Below, one piece after another: positions 27,650 through 42,598 of a stretch of DNA of 64,000 bases; within the stretch, counting starts at the first letter, position 1; each line of letters opens with the position of its first letter. Source of the stretch: Octopus vulgaris (taxonomy: Eukaryota); the NCBI GenBank assembly GCA_951406725.2, contig OX597823.1:40858001-40922000 (forward strand), in the 5' to 3' direction. The notes under the pieces were generated by a model. That model ran no database searches. It was not told the origin of the DNA and saw nothing but the letters and a program-made list of their open reading frames with translations. Both the position numbers and the translations under genes were made by a program.

Positions 27650-29601
27650 GGAGAGAGGCTTGGGTTTCTTTCATTTACTATAGACAATTTCTTCATACAA
27701 ATGGCTTTTCTGTCCGAAGTTTTACTTATATTTGAATATACGTTACGCTGTTGATATTTTTTTCCGTCTTTTTTAAAGTTCTATTTTATCTGATAATTTT
27801 TATTTCTGTGTATTTTTTCTATTGTTAGCACAACATGGCTTTTAACAAAATACTCTCAGATACACATATATCATGTGTATATGTGTCGAAACACAGACAC
27901 TTAATAACATGTACATATAGAAAGCAAGATACGTATTGTATATGTGTTTTACTATGTGTATGTATGAACGAGGTTTATAAACCAGTACGTGTCGGTATAT
28001 ACAGAAATATACCATTAAACAGGTATAGTGACGGTTTGGCGATTCGTTTCCTCTGTGTATTTCACATAGATATTGATACACACACCCATATACGTACATA
28101 CATACATATATATTCCTTTTTATACATATATGTATGCATGATTAATAACGAAAGAATATAAGATAAGTTTCCTCTACAATTTGAGGTATTTAAACAAAGA
28201 AAATTTAAAATAAATCGAATACAACCCCACCCAGTCGTCTCGAAAACATTAACAAATTCAAAAGAATAACACCAAAACGCTTGTGAATGCGTTAAAACTC
28301 TAACAATGATTCCCATACCCAATACTCTAAAAAACAAAACAAAATAAATTACTGTTACTATGAAAAATTATGTAGTTATTTCATATGGACATGAAGTTTG
28401 AACATGAAGTTACATGCATGTTGAGGAGAAAAACATTATTGATATCTTCCCTTAGTACGTGAATGGTTTTTATTGAATCAATTTTTTCTTGTGGATTTAA
28501 ATCATCGAAGTGGATCATGGTAGAATTTTGTTGCTGTGTTCAGAGCATTGACGCAAAATACTCGAGAATGTTACCGTTCTTAAATCTAAACTCTTCGTCC
28601 TAAGGAAGGATATTTATGCGCTTTCGAAATCAACCCGCCCCTAGTTCTATGATGCACATTTCCTGTTTCTTTAATTAATCTAAATTAAAACCTTCTATCA
28701 GTATTTCATGTTAATTTGTGTTCCAAATCCCAGCTTAATAATAAAACCAATTTATTCAAATATTGAAATTAGTATTCCAGTCATTCTAACTTTAAAAGAT
28801 ATCTTCATTCCAGTTTCTTAATGAAATTTTGTTCGTTGATTTTCCCGCTGTTTGAAACTCGACCAGTTCTTTTTAAGAATAGAGTGAACCATTTTGCGAA
28901 AACCTCACCTAACAAAACTAACATGGCATATTCCAATAAGGAGACTTAAAAGCTAAAAAATCTTTACAAACAGGCTGCTGTAGGTTTTCGTGTATCACTA
29001 CTGAAACCTTGAATCTCAAAAACTCCAGGGACTTGTTGTTTGGACTGCTAAATGTTACCAATCAGTTTTATTGTAGTAGAGATAAAACAGAAAAAGGAGT
29101 ACCTCATTTCATGTGTTTTTTGAGCGATTTAGATGCAATTTCAGTTTGTACGACCATGTAAAAGTAGCCTTCATAGACTCTGTAGCGTTTTTAGAAGAGA
29201 ACAAACGATTAAACAGCGACACACAATACCACCCATCCCACCTGATCCAACTCTCACACGCCTTGCTGAATGTGTCTTCATACCTTCAGAGCTGCGACAA
29301 TTTTATGTCTTATTCATTTAAATAACTTCATCTTTTTGTATAAATGGACGAAATATTTAAAAAGAGATCAAGGCCTCTAAATTTTTGTGCACACAATCAA
29401 AATGGCCACCACTACGATCATCCTCCTCACTAATATCACCACCTTCATCACCGTCATTATCTCATTATCATCAAAATTGACACCAGAAAGAGCAGCAGCA
29501 ACAACAACGAGAAGAAAGGATTCAAAGATTCATTACAATCTGTTTGACTCGATTTGTAAACTTTAGTGTAGCTTTACATAGAAATAACAAGGCCAATATT
29601 G

Positions 29602-29632
<31 letters not shown>

Positions 29633-31119
29633 CTGAGTATTTGTGTATTGCATGTATAATTTCTCAGTATAATTTCTTTAATAATATATAGGATTTCTGT
29701 TGATTAAGGAATATGACATGTTTATATTAAAAGTAGTATAGGTGTCGCATCGGACTTCCGAACAAGATTGAAGTTTGTTGGTTGCTTCTCGTTGTGTTGT
29801 TTGTGGCTGTTTTCTTTTAGTCCTAGCTCGACTTTTAGCAAGAGTAGCTATAATCAAAGCATTTTAGCCGCGATCAGACCGTTTTTTTTTTATTTTTGCT
29901 TATCTAAAATCTTTGTATTATTTTTGAGGTTATAGAACTCAACATTATTTGAAGTGGCTTGTCTCAAAACGGTTGGGATATGAGTTGAAGGAGATTTGGC
30001 TACTATTTTTTAACAAACTGAGCAATTACATTAAGGCGTATATTTATTATATCCACGCTCTTAGTGCTTACATTCTGCAAGCTTGCATTTCTGCCCTGAT
30101 ATCTATATTTTGAATAACAGTTTATATATTCAAGCAGAACAGACTGCATCCGTTATGAAAGAGTCTGTTTAGTTTGTATAATTTGCAATATTGAGAATAT
30201 TATTTGCTGTCAGTAAGAATGGTTCATGAAATACTGTGTCTGGAATATCGTGTGTGATTTATAAATTCTTTTAGTTCCACAACGATATTTGTAAATGCCA
30301 TTAATGGTCTTCTGTAAAATTTTTAGATTTTTTATATATTGCGTCTCATATTTATGAAGTTTATTTTTGTAATTTGCAATGTCTGTTTTAAATGTATTCT
30401 GTGCGGACCTATGACATTGGGAAGTGAGATAATAACAACACTTCCTGTCTGTGTCGTTGTTGTTTCCGCCGACGTCGATGTTGTTTTTAGTGCCATTATT
30501 TTATAGTAAAATCGCGATTTTTTTTGTGGAGTATTTTTGAGTATCGTGTTGTTACTGTTAATATATAAAAAAAAATATTTTGTGAAACAGATTTATTGGT
30601 GACGCAGGAGATGCGATTCGATCCCGATTCGTGCATAGTTCCATTTTTATTTGTATTTTGATGGCTTTCGCACATGTTGAGAGAAATACTTTTCCATCGA
30701 GAATTTAGCGTTTGACCGACATTCTCAACCGACCATCATGTCTTTCATTCTGCAACATTTAATACAACTATTTTAAAGACAGTCGAAGTAGTACTTCAGA
30801 AAGCTTTAGCTGTTATTTCTTGCAGGTCGATCGACCACGCATGGATGTCCATTATCTTGTTTTCGATTTTGCATTAAACGGTATTGATTTTTCTTGAACA
30901 ACAACAACAACAACAACAGTAAATAACACGTTTACTATTGTAAACTAACGACAGATGGATGCTGGATGTACAGACGAACAATCAACGGTATTCCGTCTAT
31001 GACCATCTCATGTACTATGTTATCCAATATCACACTCAGCTATGGTTTGAGGAAAATCATGCGACTATTTCGAGAATCAAACACCAAATTAGAGGCATTC
31101 ACCACCTATTATTTTCCCT

Positions 31120-31168
<49 letters not shown>

Positions 31169-31169
31169 A

Positions 31170-31209
<40 letters not shown>

Positions 31210-31219
31210 ATACTACTAC

Positions 31220-31264
<45 letters not shown>

Positions 31265-31289
31265 TAATAATAATAATAATAATAATAAT

Positions 31290-31778
31290 GTCATGTACCT
31301 TGTCTTGTCTTGGTATGAAAGACGGGCTATAGATAATATTCTGCTCAATACCACAGATTTGCTTATCAGTTGCTTGACCTTAAACAGCTGAGCATGTCTC
31401 TTAGTGGTTGACGACAAGTGTACTTCTGATCACGAGCAGAAGTAGTGGGGGAGAATCATAGCCATGTGTTGAGAGGAATTCTTCAGAGTTTGGATAATTC
31501 AAAACTGGAAACATGAGTGTCTCGTTCAACATCCTTAAACAACCCTTATTCAGGGACCTTTTGAGCGGGATGAGCTACTCGACTTGAAGAAAATTCAAAC
31601 TGGGCCCCACCTGCAAGGTCATGCGCTCTTAATCTTGATATGAGATCACCAGGATGTGCACATATGGTTGTGGTGCATGTGCTTGGTGTATCTTTATCAG
31701 ACGGGTATGTCCTGATGGGTATACGGGACTTCGTATATTTTACCCCAGTGTCACTCTGATGGCATGCACTGCTCTCTC

Positions 31779-31779
<1 letters not shown>
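31290..31779 (+). mobile_element. Family E, copy 2
   Basis: (AAT)n lies on both sides. Matches copy 1. Confidence 0.85.
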
Positions 31780-31821
<42 letters not shown>

Positions 31822-31849
31822 GTAATTTATGATGCATGTGGATGTTGTA

Positions 31850-32108
31850 CCCGCCTGAAAAGTTTACACTACCCACATGCATCACAGCACTATGTGCGTG
31901 ACATAATGATCTCGTATCAAGACAAACAGTGCATGACCTTGTAGGTGGGTTCAGTTAGAATTTTTTTCAGGTGAAGTAGCCCATCTTACTCAAAAGTTCC
32001 CTGAATAAAGGTTGTATAAGGATTTTGAACAAAACACCCATGTTTCCAGAGGTGAATTTTCCAGACCTAAAGAATTCCTCTCAACAAATGGCTATGACGC
32101 TCCCCCAC

Positions 32109-32110
<2 letters not shown>
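31850..32110 (-). mobile_element. Family E, copy 3 (inverted, partial)
   Basis: Reverse complement of about 31440-31715. Ends in (TTA)n. Confidence 0.8.
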
Positions 32111-32172
<62 letters not shown>

Positions 32173-32174
32173 GA

Positions 32175-32380
32175 CAATGGTTTAAATTTTTCTTTGGCAC
32201 AGCGATCTCGGGATACGGGTTAAAGTCGATTACATTGATCCCAGTGTTCAACTGGTATTTATTTTATCAACCCGCAAGAAGATGAAATACAAAGTTAACC
32301 TTGGCAGAATTTGAATTTAGAACGCAAAGAGTCGGAAGAAATACTGCAAAATATGCTTTCTCTCCAACGCTGCCAGCTCG
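32175..32380 (-). mobile_element. SINE family B, diverged
   Basis: gtcgattacattgatcccagtgttcaactggt...ggcagaatttgaatttagaacg. Confidence 0.75.
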
Positions 32381-33729
32381 GGGCATTTTTTACTTTTGAA
32401 AGTATGACAAAAGTGTGCGACTTTTTGGCCAGTATTGCTAGCAGGTCATGTGACCACATAGATGATCTATTATTTTTGTGTAGCTCCTGATCAAACATAC
32501 TCAAAATTCTTACCGTTCCACCCGTGACAACCATAACTTTATAGAGTATGTCAAGAGTACAATATCTACGGTATTCCTTTCTTATGGAAAGCAGTAAATG
32601 TGAACTATGATTGTGGTAATGATAGAGAGAGAAAGAGAGAGAGATGGGGAGAGTGAGAAGGAGAGAGGAGGAAGATTGATGAGAGAGACTGAGAGGGAGA
32701 GGACACAGTGACGGGATGTATTGATTGCAATGTTGTCACTGATGCTGACAATGGCTGTGATGATGATAGCGAGAGAAAAAAAATGACTGATGGATGTTAA
32801 AAGCGATTCCATTTCATGTTAATCTTGTAACAACAAATGGATACAAATACTAATCCTCAGATAAATCATTCAGAAAAGGGGTGAAAGGTAGAGGGATGGG
32901 GACGAAATGGTGTGGCGGAGAAAAGGAAAGCGGAGGCTAGAGAGATCGTGTGGTGGTAACTAAAGGAATGGAGGTGAGCGAGATAGAGAAAGTAGGTGGG
33001 AGACTAAGAGAAGGGGTGAAACAGAGATACAAAGTGAAAAATTGAGAGAAGGAGAGAGAGAGAGAGAGAGGAGGAGAAAAGAAGAGAGGAAGAGGAAGAG
33101 TAAGGAAGAACGGAGACCGAGAGTAAGTGCATTCACGAGAGGGAATGCGTAGTTAGAAAACTGAACGAATGCGAATGGAGTAATTAATGATCGTTAAGTG
33201 TACACACATATATACACGCACACATATATATATATATATGTGTGTGCGTGCGTGCGTGTTTGTGTGCGTGTGTATGCATGCATGTATAAGTATGCCTGCA
33301 TGGGAAAGAGAGAGAGAGAGAGATAAAGTGATAGAAAGAGAGAGATAAAGAGTGTGCGCGAGAGAGAGAGACGAGAGGTGTGTGTGGTATGAGAGTGAGA
33401 AACAGGGAGAAGAAAGCATGAAAGAAACAGGAGAAAGATCGAAAAATCGACTCCTGAGAGATTGCTGTGTAAAGATATGGAGACAGATTATAAATTGAAG
33501 AAGAAACCTAAGTCGAATGTGGATTACAATACATATATGCACACGCACACATACATACAAGCATACATGTTTACGTGTATGTGTAAAGAACGAGAGGTGG
33601 GTTTAAAATCGTTTCTATTGCTGTAACCAAACATTTTACAGAACGACTTTTGCCTCTCCTGCCTCTTGATCATTGCCTCACTATTCCCCTCCTCTCTCTC
33701 TCTTTCTCTCTCCTCCATTTGTGTGTGTG

Positions 33730-33774
<45 letters not shown>

Positions 33775-34284
33775 ATTTGAGAGTGATGAGAAAGAAAAAG
33801 GAATCAAAAGGATGATGAGGACGATAAAGAAGAAAACTGGGGATTATAACTGAAATTAAATCGAAAATGAATTAATGATATAGACAGAGGACAAATCGTG
33901 GGCCATGGAGAATAAAGGTGGGTAAGATAGGAATTGAATGAGAGAGAGAGAGAGAGGGGGGAATAGGGAGGTAGTGGTTTATAGACATAAAGTGACAGAA
34001 GGAGTATGGGAGATATATGTTTGGGAAAATAACGCGAAGCTTGAGACTGAAAGCAAAATACAAGGAGAGAATCAGAAACTATAAAAGATGACTGGACGGA
34101 GAATGTGGAGAAAGAAAGTGACAAATAATTAGATTGCTAAAGGTATATATAGATTAAGAAAGGGAGAAGAGAAGATAGCGTTAATATCTATATAGAGGAA
34201 AAGAGGCATACCCGTACAATGTACAAGTATAAATATATGTATACTTACATACGCACATGTTTGTATTCGTATATATGTATATGC

Positions 34285-34335
<51 letters not shown>

Positions 34336-34691
34336 TTCATGAAATCAAATAGAATGTTCAATGCATACGGAAGTAAGATTACATATATGAAGTGACATAA
34401 TTCCTCATAGAATGTGCGTTGTTACTGAGAGCTCTATATCCAACTGATAAAAGTCAATTAGGCAATCATCATACTGAGTGTTAAAATATCGGAGGTCAAA
34501 GATAGTCATTTCCGATGTTACATGCTGGAGAAGTAGCAGTAGGATAAGGGGTGGAACTACAGTTATCTAAATAAGAAATGTTCACCTACTCCACTATTAA
34601 AACTTGTAGGAATTAGATAATGAAAGAAACATAAATATGCAAAAAGAATATCTCGGAAGAAAACAAAGGAAAGACGTTAATACAGGCATAT

Positions 34692-34871
34692 AGGTGCAGG
34701 AGTGGCTGTGTGGTAAGCAGCTTGCTAACCAACCACATGGTTCCGGGTTCAGTCCCACTGCGTGGCATCTTGGGGAAGTGTCTTCTGCTATAGCCCCGGG
34801 CCGACCGATACCTTGTGAGTGGATTTGGTAGACTGAAACTGAAAGAAGCCTGTCGTATATATGTATGTATG

Positions 34872-34951
<80 letters not shown>

Positions 34952-35160
34952 TGTGTCTGTGTTTGTCCCCCTAGCATTGCTTGACAACCGATGCTGGTGT
35001 GTTTACGTCCCCGTCACTTAGCGGTTCGGCAAAAGAGACCGATAGAATAAGTACTGGGCTTACAAAGAATAAGTCCCGGGGGTCGATTTGCTCGACTAAA
35101 GGCGGTGCTCCTGCATGGCCGCAGTCAAATGACTGAAACAAGTAAAAGAGTAAAAGAGTA
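34692..35160 (+). mobile_element. SINE family A, full length
   Basis: Near-identical to the reverse complement of 1514-1930. Confidence 0.9.
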
Positions 35161-35716
35161 TACAAAAATAATATCTCGGGGTTAAAGAAAGGAAAGAAGT
35201 TAATACAAGCATATAACTATAACTACAAAGTAGAATAAAAACATAGGGGGAAAGGAAAATTTGAAAGAGTTAAAGTAAGCAGTGGAGTGGAAATGAGTTC
35301 AGTATAATGACCAGTAAATTATATACATGCATAATTAATATGTACGTTCAACACATACACATACTGGTGAATGCAACGCTTGTAGGAAATTTAGCGACAG
35401 ACGAGTGACGTAGCACTCTTATGCTTTAAGTTTGATGGGAATGATGGTAAGTAAAAATTAAGTATAGTCGTATTAGACTGAAGTGCTTCGGTAATTATTT
35501 GACAAAATGATGACAGATTGTTTAAACTGTAGACTACGCCTTTAGATAATTAGCGAACGAATGAGAGAGAAGTGCTTAATACATACTCACTACAGGATAT
35601 AATTTTTGTATTGAAAATAAAACGTAGTTTGCCTCATGAATTATTGTACAGTTCGGCGTAAAACTCGAGTTCATGTACATACATACACACACACACACAC
35701 ACACCTGTTTATAGAT

Positions 35717-35748
<32 letters not shown>

Positions 35749-36299
35749 TAAGTATCCATACATAAATAAATACATACGTACATAAATACACACGTATATA
35801 TATATATATATAGTGTAATAAATAAAATATATGCATACATACAAACATATATGTACGTACCTACATCTACATGTATATATAGATGCATATATAAATATAT
35901 ATATACATATATATGTGTGTATGTGTATGTGTGTGTGTGTTTGCATGACATAATAATAGGTGCATATATCAATAAATCTAAACAACACCAAGTACAATAG
36001 TTAAATAAAATGGCGTTATTGCCTACGTTTAACATTCAAATGCATCCAAAACCTAACATGCATAATACATGCTGAAAAATTCTTTTACGAGTAACAAACT
36101 CAATTAGGTGTAACAGATATTACATCCGATTTATGTATGTTTCTGTGTGCGTGGTTAGATTAAATAAATGTATGAACACACAATGTTGTTTAACCGTATA
36201 TATATATGAATGAATGTGGGTAGAAAATGCATGATATACGTGAGCTATAGATACATACAAAGCTAGGTAGAGAGATAGGCTAGACAGAAAATATATATA

Positions 36300-36400
36300 T
36301 AGGTTAAGTAGATAGGTAGATATATAGATAGATAGATATAAGGCTAGGTAGATAGATAGATAGAAGGCTAGGTAGATAGTTAGCTACATAGCTAGAAGGC

Positions 36401-36474
<74 letters not shown>

Positions 36475-36484
36475 TAAGGCTAGG

Positions 36485-36529
<45 letters not shown>

Positions 36530-36552
36530 CGATAGATAGATAGATAGACAAT

Positions 36553-36616
<64 letters not shown>

Positions 36617-36631
36617 GAGCGTGATAGATAA

Positions 36632-36710
<79 letters not shown>
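36300..36710. repeat. (GATA)n microsatellite; similar tracts at 43058-43145, 46325-46637 and 59421-59757
   Basis: Seen directly. Confidence 0.95.
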
Positions 36711-36711
<1 letters not shown>

Positions 36712-37567
36712 CTGTAAGCAGAGAAGTACAAGTTGTAGTGAAAGACGAAAAGCAAAATCATATAAGTATAATGTGTGTGTGTGTGTGTGTGTGTTTAACG
36801 AAAACAAAAAGAAGAAAGAAAGAACGAAAGAAAAAAGAAAGAAAGAAAGAAAGAAAGGCGCAGAATAAAGGAGAATAATAAAGGATCTGCGAGATAAAAT
36901 AAATGAAAATGAACAAGAAAACCGGTTCTGTTCTGCCATTAAATGGTTCCTTTATCCGATAGAAGAATTACATTTCGGTTTCACGGAACTATGGTACATT
37001 TCTGTTAAAGTGAAACTAGAACACATTAAATAAAAACAAGACAAAAACGTAACAACAGAAAGATCTAGAAAGCAAAAGAATAAATGAAGGCTATAGAAGC
37101 AAGAAATATAAAGATATAACAGTAATGATTCCATGTTTGCAGGCCGAGATTCACAGCACATTTTAAAATTACCAATCAAACAAGCAAGGTTTGCTTACAT
37201 CATGAATTCATCAACGTCTTAAGCGGTCCGAATTAGCATTTATATTACTCCGTAACGCCGATGGCGAACATTGTGTGCATATGCATATATACTGATATGT
37301 AATTTGCAACACGACAGGTTGATGGAGTTTTTATTTTGCTTAGTTTTTGTTCTATATGTTTATTTTTGTTTTGCTTTTAAACAAGAATTTATGTATTTAT
37401 GAGTAGCTACACATACACACGTGCGCGCACACACACACACACACACATTCGTACATACATGTATTATTGTACATATTTATATATTTGTCTGACAAACAAA
37501 TCTACCTACCAATCTACCAATATGAGTTTGTATATATATATATTATATATTATATATCATATTATAT

Positions 37568-37620
<53 letters not shown>

Positions 37621-37641
37621 CATATATATATGTGTGTGTGC

Positions 37642-37674
<33 letters not shown>

Positions 37675-38603
37675 CATATATGTGCGTGTGTATATATGTA
37701 TGTAATGTATGTATATATATATATAATACATATATATAAACATATATATATATGCACAATATTTAGTATCCAGAATATATATATACATGCATATATACAC
37801 ACACTCACGCACACATATATATATATATATACACATGCATGCATATGTACGTGTGTGTTTGTGTGTGTATGTGTGTGTGTGTGTGTGTACATATATCATA
37901 TATTCACACAGAAATGGAGACGGAGTGATGGTGAATCAAATACTGATATTGTTCTGTCAGAGTACTTTCCCTTTGTATCTTCAAAACGAATACACACACG
38001 CGCGCATTAACACACACACACACACACACATACACAAGCGCATATATAGAAGAACAGCTTAGACATTGAAGATAAAACCAAGAAATCTGCACATAGAAAT
38101 CTATTTATTCCATGTCTCCTCCAGACAATATCGTGTATAAGAAGTCAGACATTTGCATAAAGATTTGGACACGTGATATTTTATCAGCTGCTCAACAAAG
38201 AATCTTTGAAGATGTTAGTGTTTTCATATACATTGTTGGTGAATAACCGCCGAAATATAACGAATGCAAATAGCTTTAATTTGCTTTTGAAAAGATTTCC
38301 CCGGAATGTTCAAATAATTTAGAAACATCTTGTCTAGTGCAATGTTCACTTTCCACACAGAGCAATTTTCCTTCCGTCTCTTCGAAAACGTGAAATAAAT
38401 TCATTAAACATGATATCAGTGATGTACGTAGGTTTATAAAATACCACGGAAGAAAGCGACTATAATCCCCAGAGCAGTCAAGAGCTGGATTGCATTAATA
38501 ATCTTTGAACGTATTCTTGATGTCAACAGACAAAAAATTTTGAGGGCGAATTACATAGGCCTGTGCTAACGAAAGTGTATTTGGAAATGGGTGTTGTTGA
38601 TGG

Positions 38604-38641
<38 letters not shown>

Positions 38642-39317
38642 TATGTGTGTGTGTGTATGTATATGTATGTATAGGTACAAATATAAGTGTATATATATGC
38701 ATATATGTGTACGCATGTAATACCATATAATGCACACACACATATGAGAGGTTTTAGTATCCAGAAGACCCAAGATGGCGGGTAAGGCTATGTAAGTGCT
38801 ACGGGAGGGCCGTAGTTAGACTCTTGGTTCGACAATGATACGAATGAGGAGTCTAATGTCTGTGTTCAGGTAATATGTGCTTGTGTGAGTGTGGGAGTAC
38901 ATATTTTCTCTTCAGGTATTGTGTGCTTGTGTAGGTGTGGGGTGTGCACGATTGTGTGTGGTGTGCGTACTGAGTTAAACAGTGTGTGTGTGGATGCTCG
39001 TATAGTGGTAGGCGTGGTGACGCTGTTGAAGATTGTGTGTGGGGTGTGGATAATGGTGTGTGAAGTGAGTAAAGAGTTGAACAGTGTGTATGTGTGTGAT
39101 GTGTGTATAGTGGTGCGTATGGGTGAGGATATGCAGTTGTGTAGGTGGAGGGTGTGGGAGGTGAGTGTGAAACCATGTGAAATTAGTGTCAACTGAAGAG
39201 AGGAGGTGAGTTGAGCCGAATATGGCTCAAAGGAACGATGAGATGAAATTAATTTCTGTATGTATATATATATAAAACTTACTTGGAAAAGGATGCGTGG
39301 CATTCGATCATATAATC

Positions 39318-39830
39318 ATATAAATAATATATAAATATATGCATATATACATACATATATGTACATACCTACATTTATATGTATATATACATGCATATAT
39401 GGGTACAAGACATCAAAAAAACATTGAACACAATGAGAAACGAATACATAAAAACACAAACGTGGAAACGAACGTATTTTTTCAAACAAAGAAAAAACAG
39501 AGTACAAGACATACAACACAAGGAATATTCCCCTTCTTCAGTTGACCCTATTTCGTCTACTCCGCGTTGCGAAGGTAAGGACAATACGCGACTCCTTGAA
39601 ACAGTCCTTCACGCAAAGCAAATTTAATAAAAGTTGGGATTTTTTGCGGAGGGTCAAAAGTGGTAACCAGACCAGGACAGTAAGAACAAAACAAGACAGT
39701 AAAAACAATAAAATTGTGTTCAACGTTTTTTTTATGTCCTGTACCGATATATGCATGTATATATACATATAGATGTAGGTATGTACATATATGCATGTAT
39801 ATATGCATATATTTATATATTATTTATATT
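39318..39830. repeat. Inverted repeat with ~115-bp arms and a ~280-bp spacer
   Basis: 39318-39433 matches the reverse complement of 39712-39830 with few mismatches. Confidence 0.9.
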
Positions 39831-39844
39831 ATATATATATAGAT

Positions 39845-39889
<45 letters not shown>

Positions 39890-39960
39890 TATAAATATAC
39901 ATATATATATATATATATATACATATATATAAATACATATATATATATATATATATATAC

Positions 39961-40000
<40 letters not shown>

Positions 40001-40004
<4 letters not shown>

Positions 40005-40181
40005 TTACTACCCACAAGGGGCTAAACACAGAGGGGACAAACAAGGACAGACAAACGGATTAAGTCGATTACATCGACCCTAGTGCGTAACTGCTACTTA
40101 ATTTATCGACCCCGAAAGGATGAAAGGCAAAGTCGACCTCGGCGGAATTTGAACTCAGAACGTAGCGGCAGACTAAATACT
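40001..40181 (-). mobile_element. SINE family B variant with alternative 3' tail
   Basis: Core matches family B. Its tail (ctttactacccacaaggggctaaacacagaggggacaaacaagg on the plus strand) differs from the other copies. Confidence 0.8.
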
Positions 40182-40342
40182 GCGAAGACGTGGAACAAAT
40201 ATAGTATTATTGGACGCTCAGGAAAGAAGGAAAGAAGGAGGGTTTAACGTTTCGAGCGGAGCTCTTCGTCGGAAACATAGGAGAAGGAAAGATCAAGAGA
40301 AGGGAAGACAGAGGAAAAAAATCGCCAACGGTATACACGCGG
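40182..40342 (-). mobile_element. Same Penelope-type element, copy 2 (motif at 40242-40276), abutting a SINE
   Basis: Direct sequence match to copies 1 and 3. Confidence 0.75.
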
Positions 40343-40373
<31 letters not shown>

Positions 40374-40794
40374 GCCTGAGCGTATGTATCTCGCAATATA
40401 TCTCTTCATAGGTTTCCCAATATGTCTTTTAGTGTATTCTTATATATAATTATATCCAGGTAGAAAGTAGGTAGAAAACTATAATCCATTGCGCAGGCTG
40501 CAAGTTTTATGTAGACTACACTTGGAAATGCAAATATTAATTTTAAAATCATTGTCGTTGCTGCTGTCCTTATTGTTGTTAATGCAGTGAATTGGCAGAT
40601 TCCTTAATGCGTTGGACAAAATGTTCAACTGCTTTTCTTCTTTATGATCTGAGCTAAAAACACGCCGCATCAACTTTGCCATTCACCCTCTCAGAATTGA
40701 TAAATAAAGGTATCAGTCAATTAATAGGGATGGTTATGATCTTATTTTTCTCTAGGCCATGCTAGCCTTGGGCCAAAATTTGAAACTATTAATA

Positions 40795-41000
40795 GCAGAG
40801 TGCTGGCAGAATCAAATGCGCGCCGAATAAAATGCTTAGCAACATTTCTTCCGTGTCTTTACGTTCTGAGTTCAAATTCCTTAGCGATCGACTTTGTCTT
40901 TTATCCTTCGGGGTCGATAAAATAAGTACTAGTTAAACACTGGAGTTGATGTAGTCGTCCTAAACTTCTTAAAATTGTTGGCCCTGTGCCAAATTAGAAA
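40795..41000 (+). mobile_element. SINE family B
   Basis: Match to 4950-5170. Confidence 0.82.
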
Positions 41001-41037
41001 TAAGTTATATGTATACACACACTCATACCACACATAT

Positions 41038-41069
<32 letters not shown>

Positions 41070-41469
41070 CTCTCTCTCTCTCTCTTTCACTATCTTTCGC
41101 TCTGTTTCTGTTACACATGCCAACCTTCTTCAACAGTGAGTTTGCAAATCGGCTAGTGAAAATGCTGCAAACACTTTTACATACACATAGAAACGCACGC
41201 AACTCCACAAACATTCATACATTAGGAATTGGGGTTACACATATTCTTCCCCAACACAGAGGAGTGCACTTCACACACGAACAGACACACGCCAACACAC
41301 AGCGACAAACCTCAGTTTATATCTCAAATACATCAGATTTATATTCACAATTTAAAATTTTACAAGTTGTTATTCAGATCCTGATTGTTTAAAACCATCA
41401 TGTTTATTGCCCACTACCATAATAATAATGATAATAATAATGAAGATAATAATAATGATAATAATGAAG

Positions 41470-41564
<95 letters not shown>

Positions 41565-41880
41565 CAGAAATTTGCTGTTTCATTTCACCAGAGAATCACG
41601 AACATGATCATGGATGATATTAAAAGCATAATCAAGCAAAGCAAAATAAGAAAACAAAACAGTTTATACGGCAATTTAATTTGAAGCTTGAAATTGTGAA
41701 TAAATTTAAATTAGGGAGGCAATTATTTTGTGAAATTCATTGAACTTTATTATCATTCTAGTAGAGGAATTAAAATATTTCACTGAGACAAAATCATATT
41801 TTATGGCAACTACCCACGCCATTACATATATATGTGTGTGAGCGCACGCACGTATGTATGTGAGCATTGTGTGTAACTAA

Positions 41881-41940
<60 letters not shown>

Positions 41941-41993
41941 ACATGTATGTATATAAGAATGCAAGCATGTATGTATTTATGTATGTGTATATA

Positions 41994-42033
<40 letters not shown>

Positions 42034-42551
42034 TATATGAGCGTGTGAGTGCGTGTGTGCGTGCGAGCGTGTGTGTGTGTGTAGACAATGAAAGGGTCAG
42101 AAAATAAACATGCGTAGAAAATGTATAATATACATGCATGTATACACACATACACACACGCACACACACACACAAATCTATACATACAATATACAAACTT
42201 CATGTAAATGTATATATATATTAATTTATATATACATAACTATATATATAATAGTCAGTGGAATTTTGTGTGTGCATATGTGTGTATATATGACTGTATG
42301 TATGTATTTATGTAAGTATGTATGTGTATAAGTCTGTGTGTGTGTATATATACCAAGGCATAGAGGATTGTATCAAAATCAGTGCAAAGGTGGGAAAATA
42401 TTTCAATTAACTAAGTTAATTAAAATTGCCTAAATTGGTAGAGCAACCTCTCCGTTCTTGAATAGAAGCAAATAATGGATTAGAAGCAGAAGCAAGGTGC
42501 CGCAATTGTGCTTTAGCTTAAAGAGCGTTGCCAGTTATCCTATATTCATAG

Positions 42552-42598
42552 AATGCTGATGAGTTCTCACAGGAATGAAATCACTGACAAGATCATTG
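42552..42598 (+). ncRNA. Degenerate hammerhead-like motif
   Basis: CUGAUGA GUUC ucacag GAAU GAAA has a canonical core spacing and a 4-bp stem II. Stems I and III are poor. Confidence 0.45.
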
